A stretch of 54,870 nucleotides of DNA, filler included, from Ginglymostoma cirratum (lineage: Eukaryota), in the NCBI GenBank assembly GCA_024137785.1. It is 3 parts of 3 records of this genome, joined end to end, with 100 filler letters (N's around TTAATTAATTAA, not from the genome) between each part and the next. Parts side by side here need not be neighbours in the genome. Positions count along the whole stretch, not along the records: positions 1 to 15,797 come from JAHRHZ010000084.1; positions 15,898 to 37,309 come from JAHRHZ010000168.1; 1 more part is not named here. One strand, written 5' to 3'. Numbering within the stretch: position 1 is the first letter of the stretch; every line of letters starts with the position of its first letter. The position numbers and the translations under genes were made by a program. Positions 13,358 through 25,597 of the stretch are shown one piece after another. The notes below the pieces were generated by a model. The model did not search any database. It was not told the DNA's origin and worked only from the letters and a program-made list of their open reading frames with translations.

Positions 13358-15380
13358 ACCATTTTTTCCCTAAATCTCATCCTCTATTTCTCAACTTGTA
13401 TTTGTAGAAGTTGTAGAAGAATAACGAGCATTTAGAGCATTTTAAAGAATGAAGTGACTATTACAAGCCCGCTATGCGATCGGCAGTTCAATAGGACATT
13501 ATAAACCGAATATGTGGTTTTAAAGATGAATATTTCACCCTCCGATTCAATATATTTACTCGATTTCTACACGAACTCCCGTTCTTAAATTAGAAGAGTC
13601 CAGACCTTGCTATATATTAATTTTGAAATGGTACAACCTGAATAGCATTCCAGATTTTATTTCAAATGTAACTTTGTAATGCAAAATGGTCTGTCGACTT
13701 ATCACCGGTTGGCCACCATCCCTCCGAAGCAAAGTCTGCTCTGTTGTGTATAGCGCCACTATGATTTTACGAAGGTAACGCACAGCATTTTGTGAGTTGG
13801 ACTTGTTCATACTAGGTAACAAGCATGGGGCTGGATGAACACAGCAGGTCAAGCAGCATCATAGGAGCAGGAAAACTTGACGTTTCGGGCCGAAACCCTT
13901 CATCAGAAATGGGGGAGGGGAAGAGGGTTCTGAAATAAATAGGGAGAGAGGGGGAGGTGGATAGAGGATGGATAGAGGAGAGGATAGGTGGAGAGGAGGC
14001 TTCGACTTGTCTGCCTCCTCTCCACCTATCATAACTATCTAATCAGTGCAATTCCTCACTCTTTACACCGAACCCCGTATTTTTGCGACTATTAAATCGC
14101 CCGTATTCGTTCTCTGTCCGAAGGAAAGAAGTCGCATGTTGTCTAGTCTCTTCAACGTGACGGCAGTCCCTCATCCACAACACGATTGCAAAAAAATCTC
14201 TTCTGCATCCTTTCCCGTGTGTTACATCACCCTTCAAAATGTAGCGGCCAGTATGCGGCACCATGGTTCAATTGAGCTCTAACCAATGACTTACAGTGCT
14301 AAACATAAATGACTTGCTTTGGCATACTATATCATTATTTAGAAAGGTCAAGATAACCCCTTGCATTTAGTGTAACATACACTTCTGATTAGGGTACCAG
14401 TTGGGTTAATCGGGGGGGCCTGTGTGTCAGATTAATGAACACAGCACGGAATTTGGACCCTCTCTGACTTAGGTTGAGGTGAAGGCAGGACCTGCTGGCT
14501 TACCACACTTTAGGATGACTACGTGTGTTCTTGAGAAAAGATCGTTCTGGGAATAGGTGATCTTATCTATGAAATTAGGTTGTCAGAGTTGCATTGTTCA
14601 CTGTTACGCAGAGGAGAGTGAGGATGTGATATAGGTGTCCAAGATTGCGACAGGTTTAGGTATAACAGACAAGTGAAAAAAACGAATCTCAATCATTGTA
14701 AGGAGACTGCATGCTAGAGGTTTTGGGAAAGAGGTTGAGAGGAATGCTGGGATTTTTGTTTTAAAACTAGCTGTGGTAATGATCCAGAACTTAATGGCCA
14801 GGAGGGTACGAGAAATTGAGATGAGCACTGATTACAAAAGGAAATCAGAGGGGCACTTTAAAGAAATAAATTTGCAGACCTTCACTGATGAAGCATGGGA
14901 GTGGGACAAACTGAAGCACGCTGGGGAAGAGACTGTAAACTTGATTGACTTTTCCCTCTGCCTCCAATTGACTCCATATATTTTAAAGTTAATCTTAACT
15001 TGTTGAGGGGATGTGGGTGTTACTGGCTGGCCAGCATTTAATCTCCATACACAATGACCCTGAAACTGCAGCAGCTCCTTTGGTATAGGTACATGCATCG
15101 TGATATTAAGAAGTAACTGATCCAGCAACAGTGCAAGAAAGGTTGCATAAAACCAGCTGTGGATAGTGTGCAATCGGGAAGTGAATGTGTAGGTGGTAGC
15201 ACTTCCACGGAGCAACTGTTTACATGCTTGTTGATGGAAGGTGTCACAGGGTTAGGTGGTGCTTTCAAAGTGGTGATTGACAGCAGGAAATTTCATTCCA
15301 TTCTTATTATTAAGCTTACTTGCCTCAAGCTATGAACTGATGAACTAATGCATTATATTAAATATTACTTTCACAGATAG

Positions 15381-15524
15381 AACAAAGCTATGAAGATAAT
15401 AGTGTCCTATACCACGTTAGAGCTTGGTCATTTGAAGAAAGCAACAAAACCTAAACAACCAGACAACTGTACAGTATATGCACAAGTAAAAGTGGCAAAA
15501 GGAAGACAGAAGCAGAGAATCTAA
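15381..15524 (+). CDS. IgSF gene A, terminal cytoplasmic exon with ITIM and ITSM-like motif
   Basis: After TTTCACAGATAG reads NKAMKIIVSYTTLELGHLKKATKPKQPDNCTVYAQVKVAKGRQKQRI-stop; VSYTTL fits ITIM, TVYAQV fits TxYxxV; needs an unlocated phase-shifting exon. Confidence 0.65.
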   Translation, partial: NKAMKIIVSYTTLELGHLKKATKPKQPDNCTVYAQVKVAKGRQKQRI

Positions 15525-15797
15525 AAAAAAAATCTGAAGATGTGAACTATTTAAATGGTACAGGACCAAGATAATTACTTATACATAATAGATCATGCAA
15601 TTTTTTGCAGCTAGTCCAAAGACCAAGAGATGGCAACTTCACAGGCAATGTACGTGGATATTGAGTAGTGAGAGCAAAACTAAATATCACCTTCAAACAG
15701 AGGTAAAAAGGTACTGCAGATGCTGGAGAATCTGAGATAACAAGGTGTGGGGCTGGATGAACACAGCAGGCCAAGCAGCATCATAGGAGCAGGAAAG

Positions 15798-15897
15798 NNN
15801 NNNNNNNNNNNNNNNNNNNNNNNNNNNNNNNNNNNNNNNNNTTAATTAATTAANNNNNNNNNNNNNNNNNNNNNNNNNNNNNNNNNNNNNNNNNNNN
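15798..15897. other. Artificial spacer/gap (44 N + TTAATTAATTAA + 44 N)
   Basis: Directly visible; the 12-mer gives stops in all six frames. Confidence 0.95.
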
Positions 15898-17849
15898 GCA
15901 GAGAAACGACACAAAGAGCGAGATCAACATTAATTTAGTAACTTAAGAGCTCCATGGAGAAGTCCAAAAACAGCAGGGTAGAAGCAGTTTCTGAATCTGA
16001 TAATATGTGTGCTTCAAGTTTTGTATCTTTTGCCTAATGTGATTATGTTGGCTGTCTTCCCGAGGCAGTGAGAAATATAACTGGAGCCAATGGATGTAAG
16101 GTTGGTAGGCATGACGTACTGGGTTGTGTTCACAACTGTCTGCAGATGGCTACGGTCCTGGGCAGAGCAGTTGCAATAGCAAGCCATGATCCATCCCTAC
16201 AGAATGCGTTCTATGGTGCATCTATAAAACTTGGTAAAAACGCCTTTATGGACTTGCAGAATTTCCTGATCTTCCTGAGGAAGTAGAGCGTCGGTGTGCT
16301 TTCTTCATATTAGTATCCACGTTGGTGGAACAAGAACGATTGTCATTGATCAACATGATTAGGAATTCAACACTCTCGATCATCTCCACCTTAGCACACT
16401 TGACGTAGAATGATACAGTGAAAAGTATTTTGCCTTAATAGTACTGTGTCATTTTGAGTTACTAAAACAACAGAATTAAATTATATTAATAGAGGTTATC
16501 GTCTGTACAAGAGGCTGTCAATCAGTTCCAAGGCATCTGCAGGGTCTCTGCAAGATGTTCTGTCCTCGAGGAGTCCCTGGTCTAGGTACAGCAATGATAA
16601 AACCTCCAAGTATTCACGCTTCAGGCATGCAACCATATGTCTGTGTTCTGGACACAATCTCTACCTCAGCGATGTGGCACTGCTGCCAGCATTCCCTGTT
16701 CTGGGAACCACCACCACCAGCAGCAATTCCAGCTCAGATGTGGAATTGAATACTTCCCTGCAGTCCGTGCATGTGCTCAAGTTCTCGCTGTTATAACTAT
16801 GTGACTGATGTATATTTTCAAACCAATGGCTGGAGAAACTCTGACTGATATATATCATCATCCCTGCTGGCTGGTGCTGTATCAAATATACATTATATCG
16901 ACACAGTAATCTCTGCTGGTATGTAGCAATGTGAGTGATATATTTTTATTAATATATGCATATTCATCCCTGCTGCTGATGACACTGAAACTGAAACTTA
17001 CTTTGATCTCTGCTGGGCGAGATTTAACTGCTATATATCACCACCCGAACTCTCGGCGCTGCTGAGACGAATATCACTCACTGGCCCAAATGTTGGGAGG
17101 GGCTATGATTGCTGGGTGAGACAGTAGATGCTATATTTCTTCAGCCCGCAGGATGCGGAAAGCTGAGAATAACGATTTTCTCCCATCACTCATCACTTAT
17201 CTTACATACTGCCAAAAGTCGACATTTCCAGGCCTGTGTCATCTCAAATCATAATCTTTGCAACTGTTTGTCCACATCCGTCCAGTTCAACGGAAAGACC
17301 TATGAGTGAGTCTGTGGCAAAGATAGAAGCTGCTGGAAAAATTGAGCTGATCTAGCAGCATCCCTAAGGAGAAATCAAAGTTAACGTTTTGGGTCCAGTG
17401 ACCCTTTGTCAGAACTGGGACTTCGTCTGTCAGGCCGCCCTCAGAGGGATCATCAACTGCAGTTGCACTAATTACATCAACAATTTTGATGCAGGCATCA
17501 ACTTTCCTGGTCTTACGAGTTGCTTACTTGCAGATTGGAAAATCTGTGTTCCCATGCAGAAGGACCATTAGTACTCTTCTTCTCTCCCAAATTCCTCCCC
17601 AGTGGATTGACAGCAAAATTGTTTGCGTCCCGACACTCCTTGTTGCTCGTCGTTCCTACCACTTGGTGGCACTTCGGTACGTGTTTATCCATTGCTGTGC
17701 TGAACTGACTGGCTTTAACCCTTGCAGGTGCTGTCGTCTGCCGACATGGAGCTACCGGGTCTGCAGTAGTGCAGATCCCCAGACATTGCCATACTGTATG
17801 ACTTGTCTCCCTTCACCTGCAACAGCGTGAACACAAAACTTCAGCATGT

Positions 17850-18640
17850 CTTTCTCATTTCGTTGTCACTCACGCTTCCCCCACTGTCATCCTCTCTCTG
17901 TCCCTCTCAACCGCGTTCTCTGACTCTGAATTGCCATTTCTCCCCCTGTACTTTGTCTGTCACTGACTTTCTGTCACACATTCCCCTTGCTCACTGAGAT
18001 TCTCTCTCCATCACACTCTGTTCCCTTAATCCTTTCTCCCAATAGCAACTCTCTCTCACTCTCTCTCCGTCACTCTCCGTCTCTCTCTCCCTCCCCACCC
18101 TCCTTTACCACCTCTATCTTTCCCTGTCTCTCTGTCTTTGTCTCACTCCCTCTCTCACACACATTGTCTCTTACCGTCTATCACTCTCATTTATTTCTTT
18201 CCCTCCCTCTGTTTCTCTCCCTCTGTACCCCTTCACTCTCCACCTTTTTCCAAACCACTAACTCCTCTCACATATCTCTCCATAACTCTCTCTCAGAGCA
18301 TCCTCTCCCTATCACTCTCTGTCTCTCTTTCTCTCATCTTTTCTGTTTCACTCTCTCCCAAATCCCTCCTCTCACTCTTTGCCTGTCTTTGTCTGGATTG
18401 CTGCAATCCCTTTCACCCTCTCTAAACCAGTCCATCACTCACAGGCTCTCTCTTCCCACCCCCTTCCCTCCCAACCACTCCATGTTCTTTTCTTTCTATC
18501 TCTCACATTCCTCCTTGTCCAGTCACTCCCTCCAACCTTCTCTATCACAGTCTGATTCTCTCTTAAGCACACTCTCTGTCTCACCCTTCCCGACCTTGCA
18601 CTTGGACGCTTCCTTTCTATCTGACTGCATCTCTGACTGC
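17850..18640. repeat. CT-rich low-complexity tract
   Basis: Degenerate (CT)n / TCAC repeats. Confidence 0.9.
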
Positions 18641-21600
18641 ATTCTTCTAATATTCCATTGTCTGATGTCACCTTCGTACTTTTCTTCTTCTACATACGTG
18701 AAAACTGAAGCACATTTCAACGAGTGTCGCCAACAGACTGAAGTCACTGCCCTCATGACTTTAAGCTTTGGCCTGTATTGCACTGAGTGAGTGCAGCACT
18801 GCCAGAGGTGTCTTCTGATTGGCCCTGGGATTGAAGGTTCAACTCAGCCATAATCAACTGAGGAAGGAAGGATAAAATGTGGCCCAGGGTGGAGGAATAA
18901 TTTCAGAATGTCTGATGTATATTGAGAACCAATATCCCTGGTTTGACCTTGGGAACTGTAGTTGGCTACCTACGAATGTTAATGTACTTGCAAAGCTTAG
19001 GTGAAGGAGCCTTGCACATGCACACACTGGTTTTAATCCCAAAATAGGGTTAATAAATCTCTTGATCAGTAACTCTGGAGTTTCATCTGCTTCGTGGTAA
19101 TTGTGACAACTGCCGATGATTGTTACGCAAGAAAAGAAAACACAATCGAGGAGTTCACAAATGAGGGAAATTACTCTACCCTCATTTCCCTGGTCTAAAC
19201 CTATACATGATGCCAGACCCAGACAGCGATGGGAGGAAGGGGGCTACTCAGATGTACCCTCGGAGGAAGCCAAGGGTCAATTAGCGATGGACAGCGATGC
19301 TGGACCCAACTGGTGGAAGTGCATTCAAAGAATGAAGTCGAGTGGGAATAAATTCTGACAGTAGGACTTTCCTGAGCTGCCATGTTTTCCCCAGCACCTT
19401 CCAATATTATTGGTCTTGGTGCAATCTGTCTCTCTCTCGCTTTTTTCCTTTTCTGGCCGGTTAATAGAATAATAGATTAACTTATAGATAATAAAGACTT
19501 CAAGGCAGAAAGTGGGGATATGATATTAAGGAATGGTCAGATTGAATGCTGAACAGGCTCGGCAGGCGGAATGGCTTCCTTCTGCTTCTAGTTCCTGTAT
19601 CACACTCCCTGTTGCTCTCTGGTTTTCGTTCTATCTCATAGATTTGGAACGGGCCTGGGAAATGAGGCTGGATCATGTGTTCTTTGTTTGTGTTCATCCT
19701 CAGCTGGAAGTTCTTCTGCTGTAGTAAATGAACGGTGTGTAATGCTAACTGTGTGTGTACTGAAAACGTGTACAAGTCCAAAGAGAACTTCAGCTCGCTT
19801 GTCTTGGAGAGTTTTTACCTGGTGGAATTTGCATGTTACCATGACAGTGATAGTGAGTATTTATCATCCTCTCCCCCTCATTGCAATCCTTTTGGATTCA
19901 ACAGTTCACATTCTCCTTCACTTGGCATTCTCTTTTCTTCCAAGTACACAAAATCTCTCTCAATTTTCCTCCCTTCCATCAGCACACAATAATCCCACAC
20001 TAGACGAAAAAATATAAATCAGCAATTTAGCTGTGGGCTCCATTATGGTGTGATCCGAAACTGTTCTCTCTCTCTCTCTGCTACGCCGCAGTCTTAAATC
20101 AGGAACAAAAACAAAGTTGCTGGAAAAGCTCAGCAGGTCTGTCAGCATCTGTGAAAGTAAAAGCAGAGTTAACAGTCGGGTCCAGTGACTCTTCCTCAGA
20201 ACTGCAACTTTGGATAGCCAAGTAATTGGTCTATGCTATAAACGTTAAATTCCAGTCCAATTCACAGAAAATACAGGTAGTCAAATGAATACAGTTAAGG
20301 ACTAAACAATAAAAACAATCTGGTCAGATTACTTAATCATTTTTCATAGTGCATTCTTCCACAGCCATAGGATAATGGTTTGTTGGTTGATTTTCCAAAG
20401 ACGTCCATCAGGAAGACTTTTACAATTTACTCAGATAAAGGCAGTAATATTTATAACTTAGTTTTCTATCCCCTGACCTTCCAAAATCAGATAAGGGAGG
20501 TTAGACAGGGAACCTTCAAATCGGCATGCTGTACCATCAACAGCAAAGGTGTTTTTTTTTCCCACAGAAAACAGTCTAAAACTCAATTCAAAATCTGAAC
20601 ACTCCTGAAACGCTGGCCATCTTCGAGTCCGATTCAATATCCTTAGTTGGTCTGGCCTACATGTGCAACCCACAGCAAAGTGGCTGACTTCGAACTGCCC
20701 TCTGGGCAATTAGAGATGGGCAATAAATTCTGGCCTAACCAGCGACGCCCTTATCTTGTGAATGAATAAAGGTTAACGATACTGTGTGATTTTCCCATTG
20801 TATTGCCAACCTTATGATTCTTTTTGTGAGTCTAAAGTTGCAATAAAGAGAATGACAAGTCCACTGTAGCTGGCGAGTCTCATCATGATTCATTCCTGTC
20901 TCCTCTCGGAATGGCGCTTAGTTGCCGCCGACGGGCTCTGTCTGGACTGGGAGACGTGGCACTCAAACTGGTTGGGGGTTGGGTCACTAATGCAAAGGTG
21001 ATGAAAGGCCGTTCGGGGGCTGTTATTGGTGGGAGGCGGGCAGTCAGAGATAGGGAAGCACCAAAAGTTATCAGGCGTACTTGTGCCAAAATGAACTAGA
21101 CTGCACATAATGATTGACGAATTGTATCAAATAGTGCATCCCTTTGTCTCTAATCAATAGACAGGATACTGACCTAACTCAATAAATGTGAAAAACACAG
21201 AACAGAACACTAACGTCAGATATAATTCCAAAGTTGGACAAAACTAGCTCAACAATTGCAACTGAACGATGAATTCCAATGGCAGCCAATTTAGGGTTAT
21301 CAATCGGACTTAGAAAGTGGTTCACTTATGCATACTACCTCTATACTTGTAGATAGGAAGGGACCTAACTTCTGCAGCCAAAAAGAACATCTCTGTTCCT
21401 TAGTCATTCCCCACATTGGACGAGGCACTGGACCTTGTTGTAAATTAATCATAGGCATGAAGGCGGGATGAGGATGTGGTGTATAAGTTCCTGTCGATTC
21501 TCCATGGCAAAGTCTCAGACAAACTGAGTCAACAGACATCCAATCATCCTCATTTTCCCTTGTGGTAAAAATAATTGTTCTGTATGAAATGTAGTAATCT

Positions 21601-22109
21601 TGTGTCTTGACTTGTTGAATGCAAGATTCAAGTATTTGACAGCTTCAGTAAGACACAGTACTGAGTCAGATGTCAGTCACTACGAGGCCATTCAGCTGAT
21701 ACCAGACCACATAAATGCTGATGCTCCACGCGAGCCTCCTCGTAACTTTTGTCATTTATGTATACCATTGTGACCCTCTACTCCCACGTCAACCCCGCTT
21801 GTCTATATTCCCCACAAATATATCGATACTCTTCACTTCACTATCAATCACTCTTTTGAGACCAAATTCCATTTTCTCACCACTCTTTGTCTGAGCAAAT
21901 TGATTCCAAAAGAATAGGAGGTCACTGTTCAGGTCTTCAAACCTCATTGGCCCTTCAATAAAAGAATGGGGCTGAGTAGTCTCTCAACTCCCCCAAACCA
22001 CATGAATATTTATTGAAATGTTTAATCTCCTTACCCAACACAATCATTCTAATCAGTTGGGCTGGGGTGGCGGGTAGGGGAAATAGCTTTGTTCAGAAGC
22101 TAAACTGGA

Positions 22110-22720
22110 TCAGCCACATAAATACTGTGGCTACAAAAGCAGGGCAGAAGCTGGGAATTACGCAGTGAGTACCTCATCTCCTGACTCTCCAAAGCCTGTC
22201 TACCACCAGAAAGGTACAAGTCGTGAGAGTGATGGCATACTCTTAACTTGCCTCACTGGGTGCAGTCCAACAGCACTTGAGAAGCTGGACACCATCGAAG
22301 ATAAAGTGACCCGCTTGATTGGCACCTCATCCACAAATAATCACCCACTCAATCACCGATGGTCAACAGCAACAGTAAGTATCATCTACAAGACAAACTG
22401 CACCAACTCAGCAAGGTCTTTTACAACAGCTTTGAAACCTACAACTTCTATCCCCTAAGAGGGCAAGGACAGCAAATACATGGGAGTACCACCACCTGCA
22501 ATTTCGCCTCCAAGCCACACATTCTAACTTAAAATATGTCTGCCATTCATTCAGATTGGCTGGGTCAAAATGCTGGAATCCCCTGCCCAACAGCATTCTG
22601 AGTCACCCTCCATACCGCACAGCTCCTGTGGTGGTTGAAGAGGATGGCTCAGCACCATTGTCTCAAGGGGGAGCGAGCATTAGATAATAAAATGTTGCCC
22701 AGCTAGCAAAGCCCACATCA
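22110..22720 (+). mobile_element. LINE 3' fragment (CR1/L2 group)
   Basis: KLDTIEDKVTRLIG...LNHRWSTATVSIIYK peptide; related 3' UTR copy at ~32220-32465. Confidence 0.55.
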
Positions 22721-22940
22721 TAAAGCAAACAAAATACCTTGAGTTTGCAAAAGTTTGCTGTGCACAAATTGGCTGCCATGTCAGCATCAACACAAAGTGA
22801 CCACACGACTGAAAAGTAATTCATTGGCTGTTAAGCACGTTGGGACATGCTGAGGCTGTGAAAGGTGCTATGTAAATGCAATTCTCTCACTTATTCAGAG
22901 TCAGGAGCTTGCAATTTATCAGTCATGCCATTAACGATTT

Positions 22941-23490
22941 AGAGTAGATTTGTAGCTCAGGTTGTGAATGTTGTGGTTGGTTGGCTCGCCGAGCTGGTTC
23001 GTTGTTCCGCAGATGTTTCAATACCCAGCTGGATAACATCATCAGTGTAGCCTCCAATGAAGCGCTGTTGTGTTTTCATGCCTGTTATTTAAACTCTGAT
23101 GTCCGTTGAGCTGGATTACCTCACTTCCGGTTTTTCTTCGCAATGGAGTGTATATGGGGTCTCGATCTATGTGTTTATTGATGGCTTTCTTAATGGAGTA
23201 CCAGGCTTCTAGGAAATCCCTTGCTTCTCTCTGCTTTGCTTGTCCCAGGATCCTGGTGTCCCAATCGAATTGGTCGTTCTCCTTATCCATGTGGATGGAG
23301 ATAGGTGAGTATTGGTCGTGTCTTTTTGTTCCCAATTGGTGTTCGTGTACCCTTGTGGTTAATTTCCTTCCTGTTTCTTCAATGTCGTGTTTGTCACAGT
23401 ATTTGCAGGGAAATTTACAGATGACATTCACGTTGTCCATAGCGGGTAGTGGGTCTTTGGTTTGGGTGAGCGGTTGGCTGTTTTAACACA
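22941..23490 (-). mobile_element. Penelope-like element, GIY-YIG endonuclease 3' end
   Basis: NVICKFPCKYCDKHDIEETGRKLTTRVHEH...FDWDTRILGQ...RDFLEAWYS; hammerhead-like core at 23010-23047. Confidence 0.8.
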
Positions 23491-23512
23491 TTCTCCAGTG
23501 GAAAAGTTTCTG

Positions 23513-23552
23513 ATGATGCATCTCCTGTGGGCCCTGCTGCTCCATGTAACAG
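23513..23552 (+). pseudogene. Ig light chain leader exon (MMHLLWALLLHVT)
   Basis: Hydrophobic 13 codons +1 nt, GT at 23553, ~106-nt intron to the V exon. Confidence 0.65.
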
Positions 23553-23658
23553 GTCAAAATTTGTTCTGGATTAATGTCTGTCCGTTAAATACTGGTCGAT
23601 TTTGTTTCACACACGCTGGAAAAGTCACTCAATGTTGTGTGTGCCTGTGTTTCTTTAG

Positions 23659-23981
23659 TTGTAAGTATCTTGGATGTTCCTGTCCTCAGTCAGAGTCCAA
23701 TGTCTGACCTAATCTCCTCTCGTCAGACCACCTGGTTGAAATGTGAGAACGGTAATGTGGGCAGCTACGATGTGTATTGGTACCGACAGAGTCCCGGAGA
23801 AGCTCTGGTGTGGAAGATCAGACATGATACTGATGGTGATATATTCAGAAGCATTGTCTTCACTGACAGTTTCCAACCTTCTCGAGACTCCGCCAGCAAC
23901 AGTCACATCCTAACCATTGGAAACCTGGTGTCCAGTGACTCCAGCATCTATTACTGTCAAATGTGGGACAGTTCAGCTGGT
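23659..23981 (+). pseudogene. Ig light chain V segment, shark type I/NS5 (sigma-cart)-like, no RSS and no J
   Basis: VPVLSQSPMSD...LKCENGNVGSYDVYWYRQSPGE...HDTDGDIFR...FQPSRDSASNSHILTIGNL...DSSIYYCQMWDSSAG matches my recollection of elasmobranch type I VL; runs to a stop at 24050 without FGxG. Confidence 0.8.
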
Positions 23982-24224
23982 TATCATCATGAGATAGGCC
24001 AACACAACAAGGCAGTGTGCAGGATCATTCAGAATTCCAACAATATCTGAAACATCACAGGCTGGGGTATGTCAGCTCCTCCAGCAATACCCCTCAGCGC
24101 AATTTCTTTCATAGCCCAGGTGAAGTTTTAGGAATTTCTGTCATATCTCCAGAGGTACTAGACTTTGAATCAGACCCTGTGCTGTCAGTATTCTCAGAGA
24201 CAAGAGAGCTTTGGGAATCTCACA

Positions 24225-25546
24225 TGCACAACATATACATTTATATATCACCCACTCATACAGGTCGAAGTATGGTTTATATTAATAATTCTCGCACAGT
24301 GTCACACATATCGGTGCGTTATATATGCATTAATTGGCTTTTTTTCTCTCTCTCACGGACACACAAAGATCAGTTTTATTTATACAATCATTCTCACTCT
24401 TACACACGCACAGGTCAGTTAGATTCGTAGAATTGAACCTAGGTTCCTGGCACGGTGAGGCAGCAGTGCTAACCACTGACCAACCATGCCGCCTCAATTC
24501 CCACTGCCAGTGGAGGTGTTGCCTGGAAGACTTATGCTGCCGAGAGGAGCACACTCAAAGATTATATCAGTAACTCTCTCACATACATACAGGCCAGTGT
24601 TCTCTCAATAACTCTGTCTCTCTCACAGTGTTATTTATATTAATTAATCTCTCTTCATCTTCCTCTCCTTCTCTCACACACTCATAGGTCACTGTAGCAT
24701 TAACAATTCTCTCTCACATACACACACACAGTTGCACATCCGCGCAGGTCTGTCTGTTTTATATATCTTAATAATTCTATCTGTCTCTCCCACTCACAGG
24801 TCAGAGATTACAACACTAATTCTCTCTCACAGGCATTGGTCAGTATAACATTAAAAATTCTCGATCTCTTACAGACACACGCAGGTCAGAAATTCCAAAA
24901 ATTATTCTCTGTCACATATACAGATCAGAATTCCTTTAATAATTCCATTCCTCTCTCTGTCTCTCTCTCTCTCTCGTTTGCACACAAAACACATAGAGGT
25001 CAGGGTTTATATCAATAATTCCCACTCAAGCAAGCAGGTCAAGGTGTTTTATATATATTAGTAATTCTTTCTCTCTTAGACACACACAGGCCAGCATGCT
25101 TTATATTAATGTTAATGATTCTCTCTCTCTCACCAACATTGAGCTTATGTCAATAATCATCCCACACTTGCAGGTCGATATTCCATGGATCATTTTCTTT
25201 CTCACAAACGCGCACAGATCAGAGAATATTACAAGAATTCGCTCCCTCATTCGCAGGTCAGTGTTATATTAATAATTCTTCCTTACACAGACATACACAG
25301 ATCAAAGTTTTACTTACATTAATTATTCTCTGTCTCCCTCTCCGTCACACTCACGGGTCAGTGTGAGTTTTTTGCATAAGTAATTCTCTCTCATGCAAAA
25401 ACACACAGGTAAGAATGATGGTTATATTAATAATTGTCTCTCCCTGTCTGTCGCTCACACACAAATCACACACAGGTCAGAGATTACATTAATAAGTCTT
25501 TCACACAGAGAGAGAGCAGAGTGTTATTTAAATTAATAATTCTCTT

Positions 25547-25597
<51 letters not shown>

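Noticed and set aside
15842-15853. TTAATTAATTAA palindrome as a biological motif
   Set aside because: Centred in N runs twice; artificial spacer
17987-18790. 267-aa Ser/Leu-rich ORF
   Set aside because: Translation of CT low-complexity DNA
19827-19834. Ig octamer ATTTGCAT
   Set aside because: 3.7 kb from the IgL leader; other copies occur inside repeats, so consistent with chance
20883-21539. Short minus-strand ORFs
   Set aside because: No recognisable domain or consistent exon structure
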